64,000 bases of DNA from Rhizophagus irregularis (taxonomy: Eukaryota): contig NC_089431.1 in assembly GCF_026210795.1 (NCBI RefSeq), positions 3,906,001 to 3,970,000 on the forward strand. Reading direction: 5' to 3'. The notes beneath the pieces were generated by a model, which saw nothing but the letters and a program-made list of their open reading frames with translations, made no database searches and was not told where the DNA came from. Within the stretch, counting starts at the first letter, position 1. Each line of letters opens with the position of its first letter. The position numbers and the translations under genes are program-made. This document shows positions 25,240 through 37,366 of this stretch, one piece after another.

Positions 25240-26699
25240 TATAATTAATTATATTTTCTTTTTTTTTTTATCGTTTTAGAAAAAGAAATTTTCAAAAGAA
25301 TTTATGATTGGATCAACCTTATATATTTGTTTCTAAATTTGGAAAACAAGGATTATAAATCGTTACAAATCATTGTTTAATTCTGCAGATAGATTATTGA
25401 AAATTATGTGATTAGACCTTTGTCCAATGATTATTTTATTTACTATAAAAAAAAAATTGTAATTCCAAAAACTATAAAAAAAGTTTTGAAATAAATAATA
25501 GCAAATTGATAAAAATTTTCGCAAATATAAAGGAATATTAAAATTATAAAAGTTATTACTGATTAGATTTTTTATAAAAAAATTTGCCAAAATCTGGTTA
25601 AAACTGATTATTAAAATTGGAAAAAGTTGCTATTAGTCAGTAATGATTAATGAATATAGTTTATTTGAACTATCATACTATTCAATCGAATAAAAATCAT
25701 TTTATTCCCAAAGATGAATTGTTTTTAGTTAGTAAAAAAAAGAGCGAATATTTCATTAGTGATTTGTAATAAATAATTAATAATTAATTTAACAAAAATT
25801 TTTATCATTTACCAAGATATTTACTAAATTGCCAATGTGATCTATTAGTATTGTTCTATTTCAGTCAGTTTCTTTCATTTCAAAGCCACAAGAATAAACC
25901 TAAAATGGTAGAAAAAGAAGTGGCTTGATTAATAATATTCAAAGAAAAAAATAATATTGTTAGACGGATGATTGTCAAATGTTATTTACCAATAAAGTCA
26001 CAAGATCAAACCTAAAATGGTAAATCATTTTTCAATTTAATATAGTTTATTTAGATCAGTAAACTAATACTATTATAGTTTAAAATAAAATTAAAAAAAA
26101 TTGTTTAATATAAACAAGAGGTCACTTTCATGGGGGAGTTTGACATGCTTTAAAAAAAAAATGACTTCGTTTTATAAATATGCAGCTCTCCTTTATAAAT
26201 AAGCTTCGTTAAAATAAATAAATTTTTTAAATCTAGCTTTTTCTTAAATAAAATGAATAAACAAATGATGTTTTCCATTTATAATGAGTAAATTAAGTAT
26301 AGAGAAATGTCTTGTTATAAGTTAAAATAGTAAAATAGTAAAAATTTGAGGGGATTGCTAAACATTGCCTGGGGTCTTTTTCCAAATATGTCACATGATG
26401 TACAATATATGGATTAATCGGATTTTTTTCTTAGCTAATTTTTGATCGGCTAAACTTAAAATTTTATCACGAAAGATATTTTTTTAAAAAAAATTTGCAA
26501 ATATATGTATTCAAAATAATCTAATCTAATGAAATTTTATTTGCAAGTATTAAAATTTAAGTCACACATTTACGATTTTAAAGAAAAAAATCACTGTATT
26601 TTTAATGAAGTGATACAAATAAAAGAAACAATAGTAATAAATAAAAAGATAAGTAAATTACAATGATCAAGAAGAAAGATGCTAATAAAAAATGAAATA

Positions 26700-26947
26700 A
26701 TAATGGAGTAATGGAAAGTAATAGAAGATGAAAGGGAGTAAAAAAGAGTAGTGAGAAGTGATAGGAAACAAAAAGGAGAAATATGGTATGATAGATGAAG
26801 AGGAGTGATAGGAAACGAAAAGGAGTGATGAGAAGATGAAGAGGAGTAATGGGAAGATGAAGAGAAGTGATGGAAAGATGTAGAGGAGTGATGGGATACG
26901 AAAAGGAATGATAGGAGACGAAAAGGAGTGATGGAAAGATGAAGAGG
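26700..26947 (+). repeat. Degenerate purine-rich minisatellite (~21-bp unit GAGGAGTGATGGGAAGATGAA)
   Basis: Repeated GGAGTGAT(G/A)GGA(A/G)A.GAA words. Confidence 0.7.
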
Positions 26948-28035
26948 TATTATTTAATTAATTATGATTATTAATAAATTATTAGTAATATATTATGTAT
27001 AAAAAAATAAAACAAAAATTATATGTTCATAATTCATTATTATTTAATAAAAATAAATAAACAAATGTGTTTCCGTAAATATTGATTTACCAATTTTGAG
27101 AAATTAAGCTAAATTGGATGGTGAAAATTCTAGTGATATACTGCAGTTTTATTTAAATAAAATAATAAATGTTTTGTTTGTAATAAATAAACGATTAATA
27201 TGCTATGGTACAATTATTAATTATTAAATTAAATTAATATTAATGTTTTTTACTATTTTTTTTATTTAATATGATTAAAAAAAAAAGTATTTTTAATTAA
27301 AACACTATTTAAATATTTAAATATTAATTTATTATTAATGGGTGTAAATTATTTATTTTGCAATCAAAAAAATGAACAGCCAGATTGACATGTTACGGCA
27401 AAATTGTATTTTTTTAAATGTTATTGTTATTAAATTAATTATAATATATTTTACTTATACATATAATTATTAATAAATTAAGATTTAGGAGAGAAATAAA
27501 ATTTTTACTTTACAAATAAAGGTTGTTTACATAACTGTAGATTTACTATATTTTTTTTCTAATTATTGTTATTTATTAATAATATAATCAAATTTCAGAA
27601 AAACTAAATTATACCAGCTCAAAATAGCAAGGTCAAATGAGTTAGTTATATTTATTTTTTACCAGGAAGCAAAAAAAGTATTTTTTTTTTATAACTGGGA
27701 ACTAACTATTACTAATTAATATTAATAAATGTCAGTTACCGAACATAAAGAAAGGGCAAAGTCCGATCTATTGTTGAAAAAAAACTAAAAAAATAAAAAA
27801 ATTTCTAATGAAAAAAAAAATCTGATCTGTTGTTAAAAAAATTTCAAAAAAAAAAATCCTAAAAAAATTTCTAAACGGTCTATCATTAAAAAAAAATAAT
27901 AAATGAAAATTACTAAACGATTCTGTTGTTAAAAAAAAAAATAAAAAATTAACTAACGATTTATCTATTAAAAATAAAAAAAAAGTTACTAAATGATCTA
28001 TTAAAAAATAATTAAATGATCTATTGTTAAAAAAA

Positions 28036-28800
28036 AATCTCCATTTTATATTAAAATAGTGCGCTTCGCACTTTTTTCTATTAAAATATTAATTAAATGG
28101 TGCGAAACTCACCATTTATTTATTAAAATTGTTCGTTTCGCACTTTTTTCTATTAAAGTATTAATAAAATGGTGCGAAACTCACCTTTATTTATTAAAAT
28201 TGTTTGTTTCGCACTTTTTTCTATTAAAATGTTGATAAAATGGTGCGAAACTCACCATTTATTTGTTAAAATGGTGTTCGCACTTTTTCCTATTAAAATA
28301 TTAATTAAATTGTGCGAAACTCACCATTTATTTATTAAAATTGTTCGTTTCACACTTTTTTCTATTAAAATATTAATTAAATTGTGCGAAACTCACCATT
28401 TATTTGTTAAAATGGTGTTCGCACTTTTTCCTATTGAAGTATTAATTAAATGGTGCGAAACTCACCATTTATTTATTAAAATTGTTCGTTTCGCACTTTT
28501 TTCTATTAAAGTATTAATAAAATGATGCGAAACTCTCCATTTTTTGTTAAATGGTGCGTTTCGCAATTTTTTCTACTAAAATGTTAATAAAATGGTGCGA
28601 AACTCTCCATTTTATATTAAAATAGTACGTTTCGCACTTTTTTCTATTAAAATATTAATTAAATGGTGCGAAACTCACCATTTATTTATTAAAATGGTGC
28701 GTTTCGCACTTTTTCCTATTAAATTATTAATAAAATGGTGCAAAACTCACCATTTATTTGTTAAAATGGTGCGAAACTCTCCATTTTATTTATTAAAATA
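28036..28800. repeat. Tandem array of ~10-11 units of 69-72 bp with internal inverted motifs
   Basis: TGCGAAACTC-like words at 28101, 28173, 28244, 28313, 28385, 28454, 28526, 28596, 28667, 28739, 28770; most units also contain the reverse-complement word (GT)TTCGCA. Confidence 0.9.
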
Positions 28801-30954
28801 TATGTGAGTTATCCCCAAATTGACCGATCTACGCAAACTCAATTTATGGGTTTAAAAAGTAATCTTATATAAACTCTATGCAAACCCATTTGTGAGCTAT
28901 ATCAGTATTATTTGGGGGCCTTGCGGAACCTTAACTAAAAACAAATTTTTAATTAAATAGAGAAAATTTAGAAATTATTTTTTTAAAAAAATGTCACGTG
29001 ATGATCTCTATTATGTTCGTTGACCGTAAAAGTTCAAAAATTTTATTGATCAGCAAAAGTAATTTTTTTTAAAAAACCTACTATTTGATGGCTCAAATTA
29101 ATACACAATGAAATTGCCACAGAAAAGCCCAAATCGCAATTTTACTCTAATGATTACACTATTCAATTCATATTCAGTTTCTTTAATATTAATATTAATA
29201 TAAACTAAACTTAAATATATATTTAAATTAAATATAATAATTAATATAATTCTTCCGGAAGAAAATTTGATGAAAATCTTACCCATAATCTGATAATGAA
29301 CAAGGTAACCTCGGACGATCATTTTTTAAAAAATTTACCCAAGAATCTGGAACCAAAAATGATCAGCATAATTAAATTCCAGATTTATATAGATTGACAT
29401 TTCAATTTCCAAATTTATTTTGATGAATTTTGCATAAATATTATAAAATTAGTCATCGGTAAATATGCTGATCTACAAATTTTTCCAAATCCCATTAGTC
29501 ACCAGGTGATCTGCCATCTCTTTAATTCGTAAAAAAAAATACAGGCCTCTTCAGTATCAGTATCAGAATCTGAATCTGAATATAATAATGAATGGTCATT
29601 TAGGTCGCACAAATTTCTAAAAAGGTGATTTTTTTTGGAAAAAGGAAATTGTTTATTTGTTTATTACATTAAAGAATAAAGATGATAAAAAATATATAAA
29701 ATTTCATTTTTTAATGTAACACAAATCTCTTGGCGGACCATTCTTAATTATATTATGTTAAACAGTTTAACTAGTGTTGTGACTGTTGCGTGTAAAAATA
29801 TAAACAAAATTACTGCGGAATATGATTCTTGTTAAAAAAACTCAAATTACTTATTTAATAGATATTATTCTTTTAAGCAATTTGCGTAAATATTTATCGA
29901 TATTACTGATATAATTCTTGAAATTGATAATTAGAGACACCGTATTACTAATCTATTAATATACTTTTATTCTAGTCGTTCTATAGTAAAAAAAAGCTTA
30001 GGGCTACTGTATAAGTCGCAAAAATTAATGTATTGTTAATAACGAATAACAACGACCTTATATTTCGTGTGCAGTATTTCATTAGAATACAGTATAGTAA
30101 CAAGGGAGCAAATATTATAATTAGAAAATTTTAATGCATTATTCAATGAGAGACTTATTAATTAATGATTTAGTATATAAAATGAGAATAAAATAAGTTT
30201 AGACTGTTTATCTTGAAAGAACCAGAATATAAGAATTATAGAAACGAATTAATAATTTCTTTTATAAACAGTTTTAATAAAGATTTTTATCGGAAAAAAT
30301 AAGGCCAGCCAAGTGATGGTTCATAATTACTGATGTTAAATATGGTAATACTTTTCATTTTTGACGTGATTTAAATATTTTCTCAACATATTCATTAGAA
30401 TATACCCATAATTGTTGCGATACAATGATAGATTTCATGAAATTTATTAATGTAAACTCATTGAGAGATTTATAATCCAAATTTCAAGTAGATTTTTAAT
30501 ACAACTGACGTATTTTTTGTTTTTAATTAAACATCAATAATGTGACCAAACAATTAGTTGGTGTTGACTTGACTGAAATCAAATGTTAAAAATTTTTTCA
30601 ACATTTATTATATTAGTTTTAGCTATTTGTTACAATTATTAAAAGGTTTAAATGAACTTTATTTAATTGAAGTTAACATTAATTTTTTTATACAATTACG
30701 ATTTGTCTCATTTGAATTTAATCAAAAGAAATCTTGATAAATTTTTATTATTCTTTGATCATGTTATTAAAACATTTGCGAATATTAAAAATTGAATAAC
30801 CATATAAGATGAGAAATTAAATAAAATTTATTTTAATCTATAATTATATTTAGCAAAAATGAAAAAATCGTTAGTATTTGTTGCTGACTTAGCCAAGTCT
30901 TTTAAAAACTTGTTGTTACCTCGTCACCAACGTTGAGGGACAACAGCTTTCATC

Positions 30955-31240
30955 AGGGAGGGAAGAGAAGGAAGAGCGAGAGGGTAAAGGACGAGGGAAT
31001 GGGAAGGAAAAGGGAAGGAGGGAGGGAAAGGCGGATGAGAGAGGGAAAAGAGGAAGGGGAAGGAGAAGAGGAAAAGGAAAGAGAAAGAGGGAAAGGGAAA
31101 GAATGAGGAATAAGGGAAAGGGAAAGAGGAAAGCGAGATGGGAAAGAAAAAAAAAGGAAAAAGGAAAGAGAGAGGGGAGAAGGGAAATAGAGAGGGAATA
31201 AGGAAAAGGGAAAGGAAGGAGGATAAACAAGAGCAAGGGA
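30955..31240 (+). repeat. ~285 bp near-pure polypurine tract followed by a C/A-rich stretch
   Basis: Almost only G and A on the plus strand; the overlapping ORFs are low-complexity artefacts. Confidence 0.85.
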
Positions 31241-31978
31241 ATACACAAATACACCCACCCACCAACCCATACACAAACCTACACTCTCAACCTACATACC
31301 TAAAAGAAAATGTAAAAAAAGGAACCGAAGAGAAGACCTAATAAGAAGACCTAAAGAAAGAGAGAGGCATATCGAGTGAAGGTATTTTTGGTTTACTAGT
31401 TTCACCTAATGAGTTACTTATCAAAGAATTATTCAATATTCAAGATTGATTATTTAATCAAAAAATAAAGGAAGACTTAGAAGGTAGAACAGAGACATAT
31501 ACTCATGACAAAACTCACATTAAGATTATGTAATTTGCACGAGTAATTTTTTTTGACGAGTAGTTTTTGATTTTATAGATCATCAAGTTGGTTTACATTT
31601 ATATTCAGATTTTCAGAAATTTTACGGCTACATTAGATTCATTACATTTCATGTTTTTTATTAATAAAAATAACTCAGATCTATCAAATTAAAACTATTC
31701 AGATACGTTGGTTATTTACTTTATTACAATTCTGTTAAAACCAATCAGTTAAGTCGACGCCAAACTGCATCAATATTTGTTCTTTATACTGCGTTAATAA
31801 TGTATTATTACCATATCAAAATGGTGTGAAAAGTATATATGAATTAAAAAAAACGTATATCAGATTACAGTATGAATATTGAAAATCAAGTTTTTATTTA
31901 AATAAATAATAATCCATTTAAACTCTAAAAAATATATGAATCAAAAATAAAAAAAAAAATTTTTAGCGAGAAAAAAAA

Positions 31979-33590
31979 TTAAATTCTTGTAACTTGAAAT
32001 ACTTCATATTCATCTACGGAAAATTTTTCCATAACCTTCCTGATCGGTCTTTCATAAGAAGATATTATACAACAACAATTACTATAAAAGTTTCCACGCA
32101 TCACAAGGTCACTTTTGCCAAATGACGGGCCGCGATTAGAGTCATTAGATATGGCATAATTCCCTTTCCTAACACGACTTAATATATAATTTTTGATACT
32201 ATGATTATTTTCAAAAGAGAATATAAAACTATCAGAAGTATGGCCATAACTACTATTAGATTTCCATTCAAGTGGATTATACCCTCCAAGAATTTCGCTA
32301 CTGTCCTTCACTTTAATAACAGTTACGGTGCTAGACTGATAATCACAAATGTTATGAAATATATTACGATCAAATCCATCACGAGACCCACGATGGATCA
32401 ATTTGAATTCATACGAAGCGTTAACAGCTAATCTATTAATCCATTTCGAGATTAATCTTGCATGTTCTATTGTAATAATGTTCGAATTAATATGTATAGT
32501 ATTGGTTGAACTGGCCTCATTGACTCTAATACTTGTTGGCCTGGTTTCATTAAATATCTGTGGTTTAATACTTGGAATGGTTCTAGCATTTGTTGACTCG
32601 GTTTCAATCTTTTCAGATGTCTGAGCTTCGGGTTTAATCTCCTTAGTTTCCTCTGGCTCTGACTGATCGGTTGGCTTATAATCATGATCCAAAAAAAGTT
32701 TTAACAAATCCATAAATAATTTCTCGGGCATAATTTTTCTATAGGGAAATACATTTTCTAAAAATTCTTTTGAAGTTAAATTATAGAACCTAATAAAAGG
32801 AATACATTGTTGCAAAGTATTTTTTAATACGCTAAAATCATCTGAAGAAAAGCTTGAAGAATCTGAGGGAAGTCCTGGATTTTGATCGAGTCCCCATTTA
32901 AGAACATGTTTCCAAATCTGAACTTCATTTATTTTTAGGTTATCATTTTGAATAAGCGAGATCAAAATTTTTTCCGGAATTGAAGAAAAATCAATTGATT
33001 TGAATATCTTATCTGGTTTCTCGGTAATAAGATAATTACAATAATTTTGAAGTTCTAACAAAGAATCATTTTCAAAGCTTGTTTTATAAATCATATTAAA
33101 ATTATTTTTCATCCAGGTTGAATTATTTTTAATCAAAAAAAATTGTAAATGATTAACTAATTCTTGAAGGTCAAGTTCGCTAGCGGCAACCAGAGTTTTA
33201 ATGACATCTGTAACATCATATCCTTCAAAAGAAAGCCTCCCTCCATAAATATACCTAAGAAAAAAAAAAATATATTTTTTTAATCATAAAAAATTAAAAA
33301 TATGATAATTTATAATTTAAATTTTTTTCTTACCTTAATATTATTTGAAAAATATCCGGTAAAATATTTGGTAATTTAATATGTGTTAAGGTTCCATCTT
33401 TTTCTTTTTTATTCATTGATAAAATGTTTCGTAAATAAGGTGAACGATAATTTAATATATTTCTATGAGCACAAAATATTTTTACGCAAGGGTCACTACC
33501 AACTTCAATTGTAACATCGTAATATTCATCATCTTCTAAAATTTCAAGTAAATTTTGTGATAATTTTGGCAAAAACTTATTATCATCCAT
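31979..33590 (-). CDS. BTB/POZ-BACK-TLDc protein, copy 8 (divergent subtype D, long BACK-TLDc linker), exons 33590-33334 and 33254-31979, ~510 aa
   Basis: FCAHRNILNYRSPYL, IWKHVLKWG, LIHRGSRDGF, GPSFG, DEYEVFQ; intron 33255-33333 at the same position as other copies; 1533 nt in frame. Confidence 0.9.
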
Positions 33591-35055
33591 TAAAACAAAT
33601 TTTTTTTTTTTTTAAAAAAAAAAAGTGTAAGAAAATTTTTTCTAATTTGTTAGTCGTATTATATTTCAATTGTGTGACATGATGTAATTGCACATGTAAC
33701 TGCGGAGCCATCAAATGTCCGATCATCTATGTTTTTTTTTAATAAGGACTTTTCTTGCAATAACTCTTTTCCTGCATGATGAAGTTATTACAACCTAATT
33801 GAGCGCACACCTTTGGTTAAAATGTGACCATAGAGGTACGATGCTCGAATAATGATCCGCAAAGAAGGACGTACATTATTACAACTTGAATTATAATATG
33901 TATCTACTTTTGAATTTTCTTAAATAATACTATGTACAACCATTTACAAAAGTGCACTTAATCACGGTACATTTCCTGCTTTATCATTTTATGTCTTATA
34001 CTGCAAATCTATTGTCAATAAAGTAAGAATGAAAAATATTATATCAATATTTTGAAAGTGATTTAGAATGTCAATTTTATGAATTTTTAAATTAATATAA
34101 TTGCGAAATAATTTATTTCAATAATAAAATATACCATTATTTTATATTATGAGGTTATTTAACATACTCTATAAAAGAAAGTTAGAGCTACAATTATTTT
34201 TCACGAACGCAAAAATAAATTTTGAATTTCGATATACGGTATACTTTAAATATTACAATTTTTTAGTTTCCCAAGTCTAGCTCAATTTGCTCATCATATA
34301 TACTGTACTGTACATCACGATTTAAAAATATGTAAATCGTTGTAGTAGAAAATCGATACTTGCGAATTTGATAGCAAGTATTCTGTAATTCTAGATGTTT
34401 ATGAATATTCTTCAATAAATAATTGAAGGTAATAAATAATAAAATCGTATTATAAATTTCAATTTAGCATTTACCAGTCAAAAGAAATTTATTATTGGAC
34501 ACATAAAATAGAAATTTTTGTAGTATTTTCAAAGTTTTTTGCAGTTTTAAAAATTTCTTATTCTTCTAAAGAAAATCTGTTCCCGGTTCTCTCATCAAAT
34601 TTTTGCAAACATTATATATAATAACAAGGAATTGGAAATGATAAATTATAATAAAGAAACTCACAAAGGAAGAAATTGTGATGCGGAAAAGTGCCTTACA
34701 TTATTACAAGGCGAAGTACTGTACAAATTATTTGAATAATAATAAATGTCTAGAGGTTAAAAAGAATTTGAAATTCTTTAAAACTAAGGAATTTAAATTT
34801 TGTAATTATTATAATTGAATACTCGGATTGAATAATCTTAATCTTCACAATATTGTTTTCACAGATTATTTTTTTCTTTGCGTTTTTTGATTTAATAAAT
34901 AAAAAAATAATGATTTTATTGATAATATATAATAAATAAAAAAAAATTATTTAAATTACAAACTAAGAAATGTGTAAAATGTTTTACTACTCTAGCCTTA
35001 GTGTTTAAATAATCCAATAAAAATTATCAATATTGTTTGTTTAGTAAATATAATT

Positions 35056-37366
35056 TTAAAATCCATCTAAAAAAGAATATATACAAATGATATAAATTAG
35101 TAATTAAGATACTATTTATACAATATTAAGAAAAATATTAAAGAAACTAACCATCAGGAATCTCAAATTCATCTTGATCTTCTGAATGAAGGTTTGGATT
35201 ATTATGTATTTCGTCATCATCTATAAAAGGACAAAAGTTTTTAATTTAAACAATTGCAAAAAAATAAAATGAAAATTTATAACAAAAAATTTTACTTACC
35301 ATTAACTGATCCTTTCATTTGTTGCATTGTTTTTTTCTTATGATCAATTGGAATGTCTAAATTTTTATATAAATAAATAAGATTATAATAAATAATAAAC
35401 ATTGTTTAATAAACAATTAAAATTTAGAATAATATTACTTACCATTATTTGAACTTATTTGTAAACTTTTAAATACTTTAGATAATCTTTTACTACCACC
35501 TAAAATTGAGATAAATTTGTATCATTATTTCAAAAATTTGAATATATCAATAAATTACCTTTAAAAATACTATTTATTTTTGATGTTTTATTAATCTTCT
35601 GATCGTTTGAATTATTAAAATCTTCAACTAAAACGAAAATTTGATTAATAAATATTTCATCAAATGAAAACTTTAATAAATACCTACTATTATCAGGAAT
35701 ATTAAAATCATATGTTTTACTATGAAATGCTATTTTAAAAAAATAAGAAAAATAGGTTATAAATTATTATAATAGTTAATAAAATAACGATAAAAAGCTA
35801 ACCTTCTTGTTCTTCTATAATGTGATATAATCATCATTTAAATTAAAAAAAAAATTAGTAACGCCATCATATCTTAACCAATAATCAAAAAATAATACCT
35901 TCTGTTGCATTTTTTGGTTCGGGTAAATTTTCAAATTGATGAACTTTGCTCGTAAGTAATCTGCTGCTTATATAATTTGTGCTAGTTTTTATTTCAAAAT
36001 TATTCACTACTTTTGACTGGAAAAATTCATCTGGCATATTTTGATATGATAGATGAATTTTTGTTATTTGCTTATCAAGAGCAATAATATCAGGTCTTTT
36101 TAATGGATCAACATCCCAACATTGTACCATTAAATTTTTATATTCTAAAGGAATATCTGACATAATTTCTGGTCTCATACCATTAATTATATCCATTGCA
36201 AGATTAATATCATCATGCTTATAATCAATAAATGGTGAATATCCAGATGAAATTTCCCACATAAGTATTGCAATACTATAAATATCAGATGCAAAAGTAT
36301 ATCCTTTTCCATTAATAACTTCGGGTGCTATGTAAGGAAGATTTCCATATATACTTTTTGATGATTTGTCAGCAGGTCCACAAAATCCAAAATCGCTAAT
36401 AAACCATCTATCATTATATTGTGAATATAATATGTTTCCAGAGTGCAAATCTCTATGAATTGCTTTTTCAAGATGAATAAAATAAAATGCATTAATTATT
36501 TCAAAAGCAATTCTAATTTTTTCTTTCCATGTAAGTTGATTATAATTTTGTTGTAAATATTCTCTTAAATCCATATCCAATTTATCCATTACAAGCATGT
36601 AATTTCCACTTGATAAATCTTGTGTTAAACCATAGCATGTGACAACGGTAGTACGTTTATTGCCTATAGTTAAATGTGATTTAGCCTAAATGATAACATG
36701 CCATTGTTAATATGTTAATACAAAAAACTTTAAATTTCATAAAAAAATTTAAAATATAATCATATACATATATACCTCTTCAAACCAACTTTGATTTGCA
36801 TTTTCAACCTTTTCTAATACTTTAAGTATTACTGTAAAAGTTTCAGACCTTTTTAATTGCTGTTCCTTAGAATTCCATTTTTCATATTCTCCATTAATCC
36901 AATCTGCAGTATAAATATCAGAAAATCCACCTTTTGTTAGATATTTAATATTTTTTAGATTATTATATGGAATCCATTCAACTACTTGATTTGGCATAGG
37001 TGTTTCCAATTGACATTTCTGTATTAAATTATCAATATCATTATTTCCGGATATCCAATTTTTAAAATTTGCTTTTAAATAATTTCGAACACAATATTCA
37101 CAATATAATGTAGCTAAACATTCTTGTTTGCAATTTTCACAAATTCTTTTTGTTCCTGAATTTTTAAGAACTTTATTTTGGTCATAAGTTTCAGTTATGT
37201 AATTTATTGCTTCAGTTTTTTCATCATCTGTAAGAAGTTTATCAGCAAGAATAAATTGTTTTCGAAATTCATGTTGTTTGTGCATGTCAGTGTGAATATT
37301 ATAATCAATTAACGAATATGCTCTACTAGCTGTTGCATTAATTAATTCCCATCGAATAGTAGACAT
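35056..37366 (-). CDS. Tyrosine-kinase-like (TKL) protein kinase, 9 exons, ~564 aa
   Basis: GGFSDIY, VILK, HRDLHSGN, DFG, LPYIAPE, DIYS; N-terminal CENC..CEYC. Exons 37366-36776, 36685-35899, 35814-35803, 35729-35688, 35627-35559, 35499-35443, 35356-35300, 35220-35152, 35066-35056; all GT-AG, 1695 nt in frame. Confidence 0.85.

Noticed and set aside
28036..28800. CRISPR-like appearance and repeat ORFs (WCETHHLF)
   Set aside because: No unique spacers, eukaryotic context, no cas genes; ORFs result from unit lengths near multiples of 3.
30916..31341. Four overlapping ORFs rich in F/P/L/S or K/R/E/G
   Set aside because: A polypurine tract lacks stop codons by composition.
928..32685. Many short ORFs overlapping BTB-TLDc genes (e.g. 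1085-1414, 14164-14481, 16106-16408, 32403-32624)
   Set aside because: Antisense or alternate-frame shadows that recur only because the host genes are paralogous.
916..33590. Diversity-generating-retroelement explanation for the TLDc variability
   Set aside because: No reverse transcriptase or template repeat in the window, and the changes include indels and are not adenine-specific.
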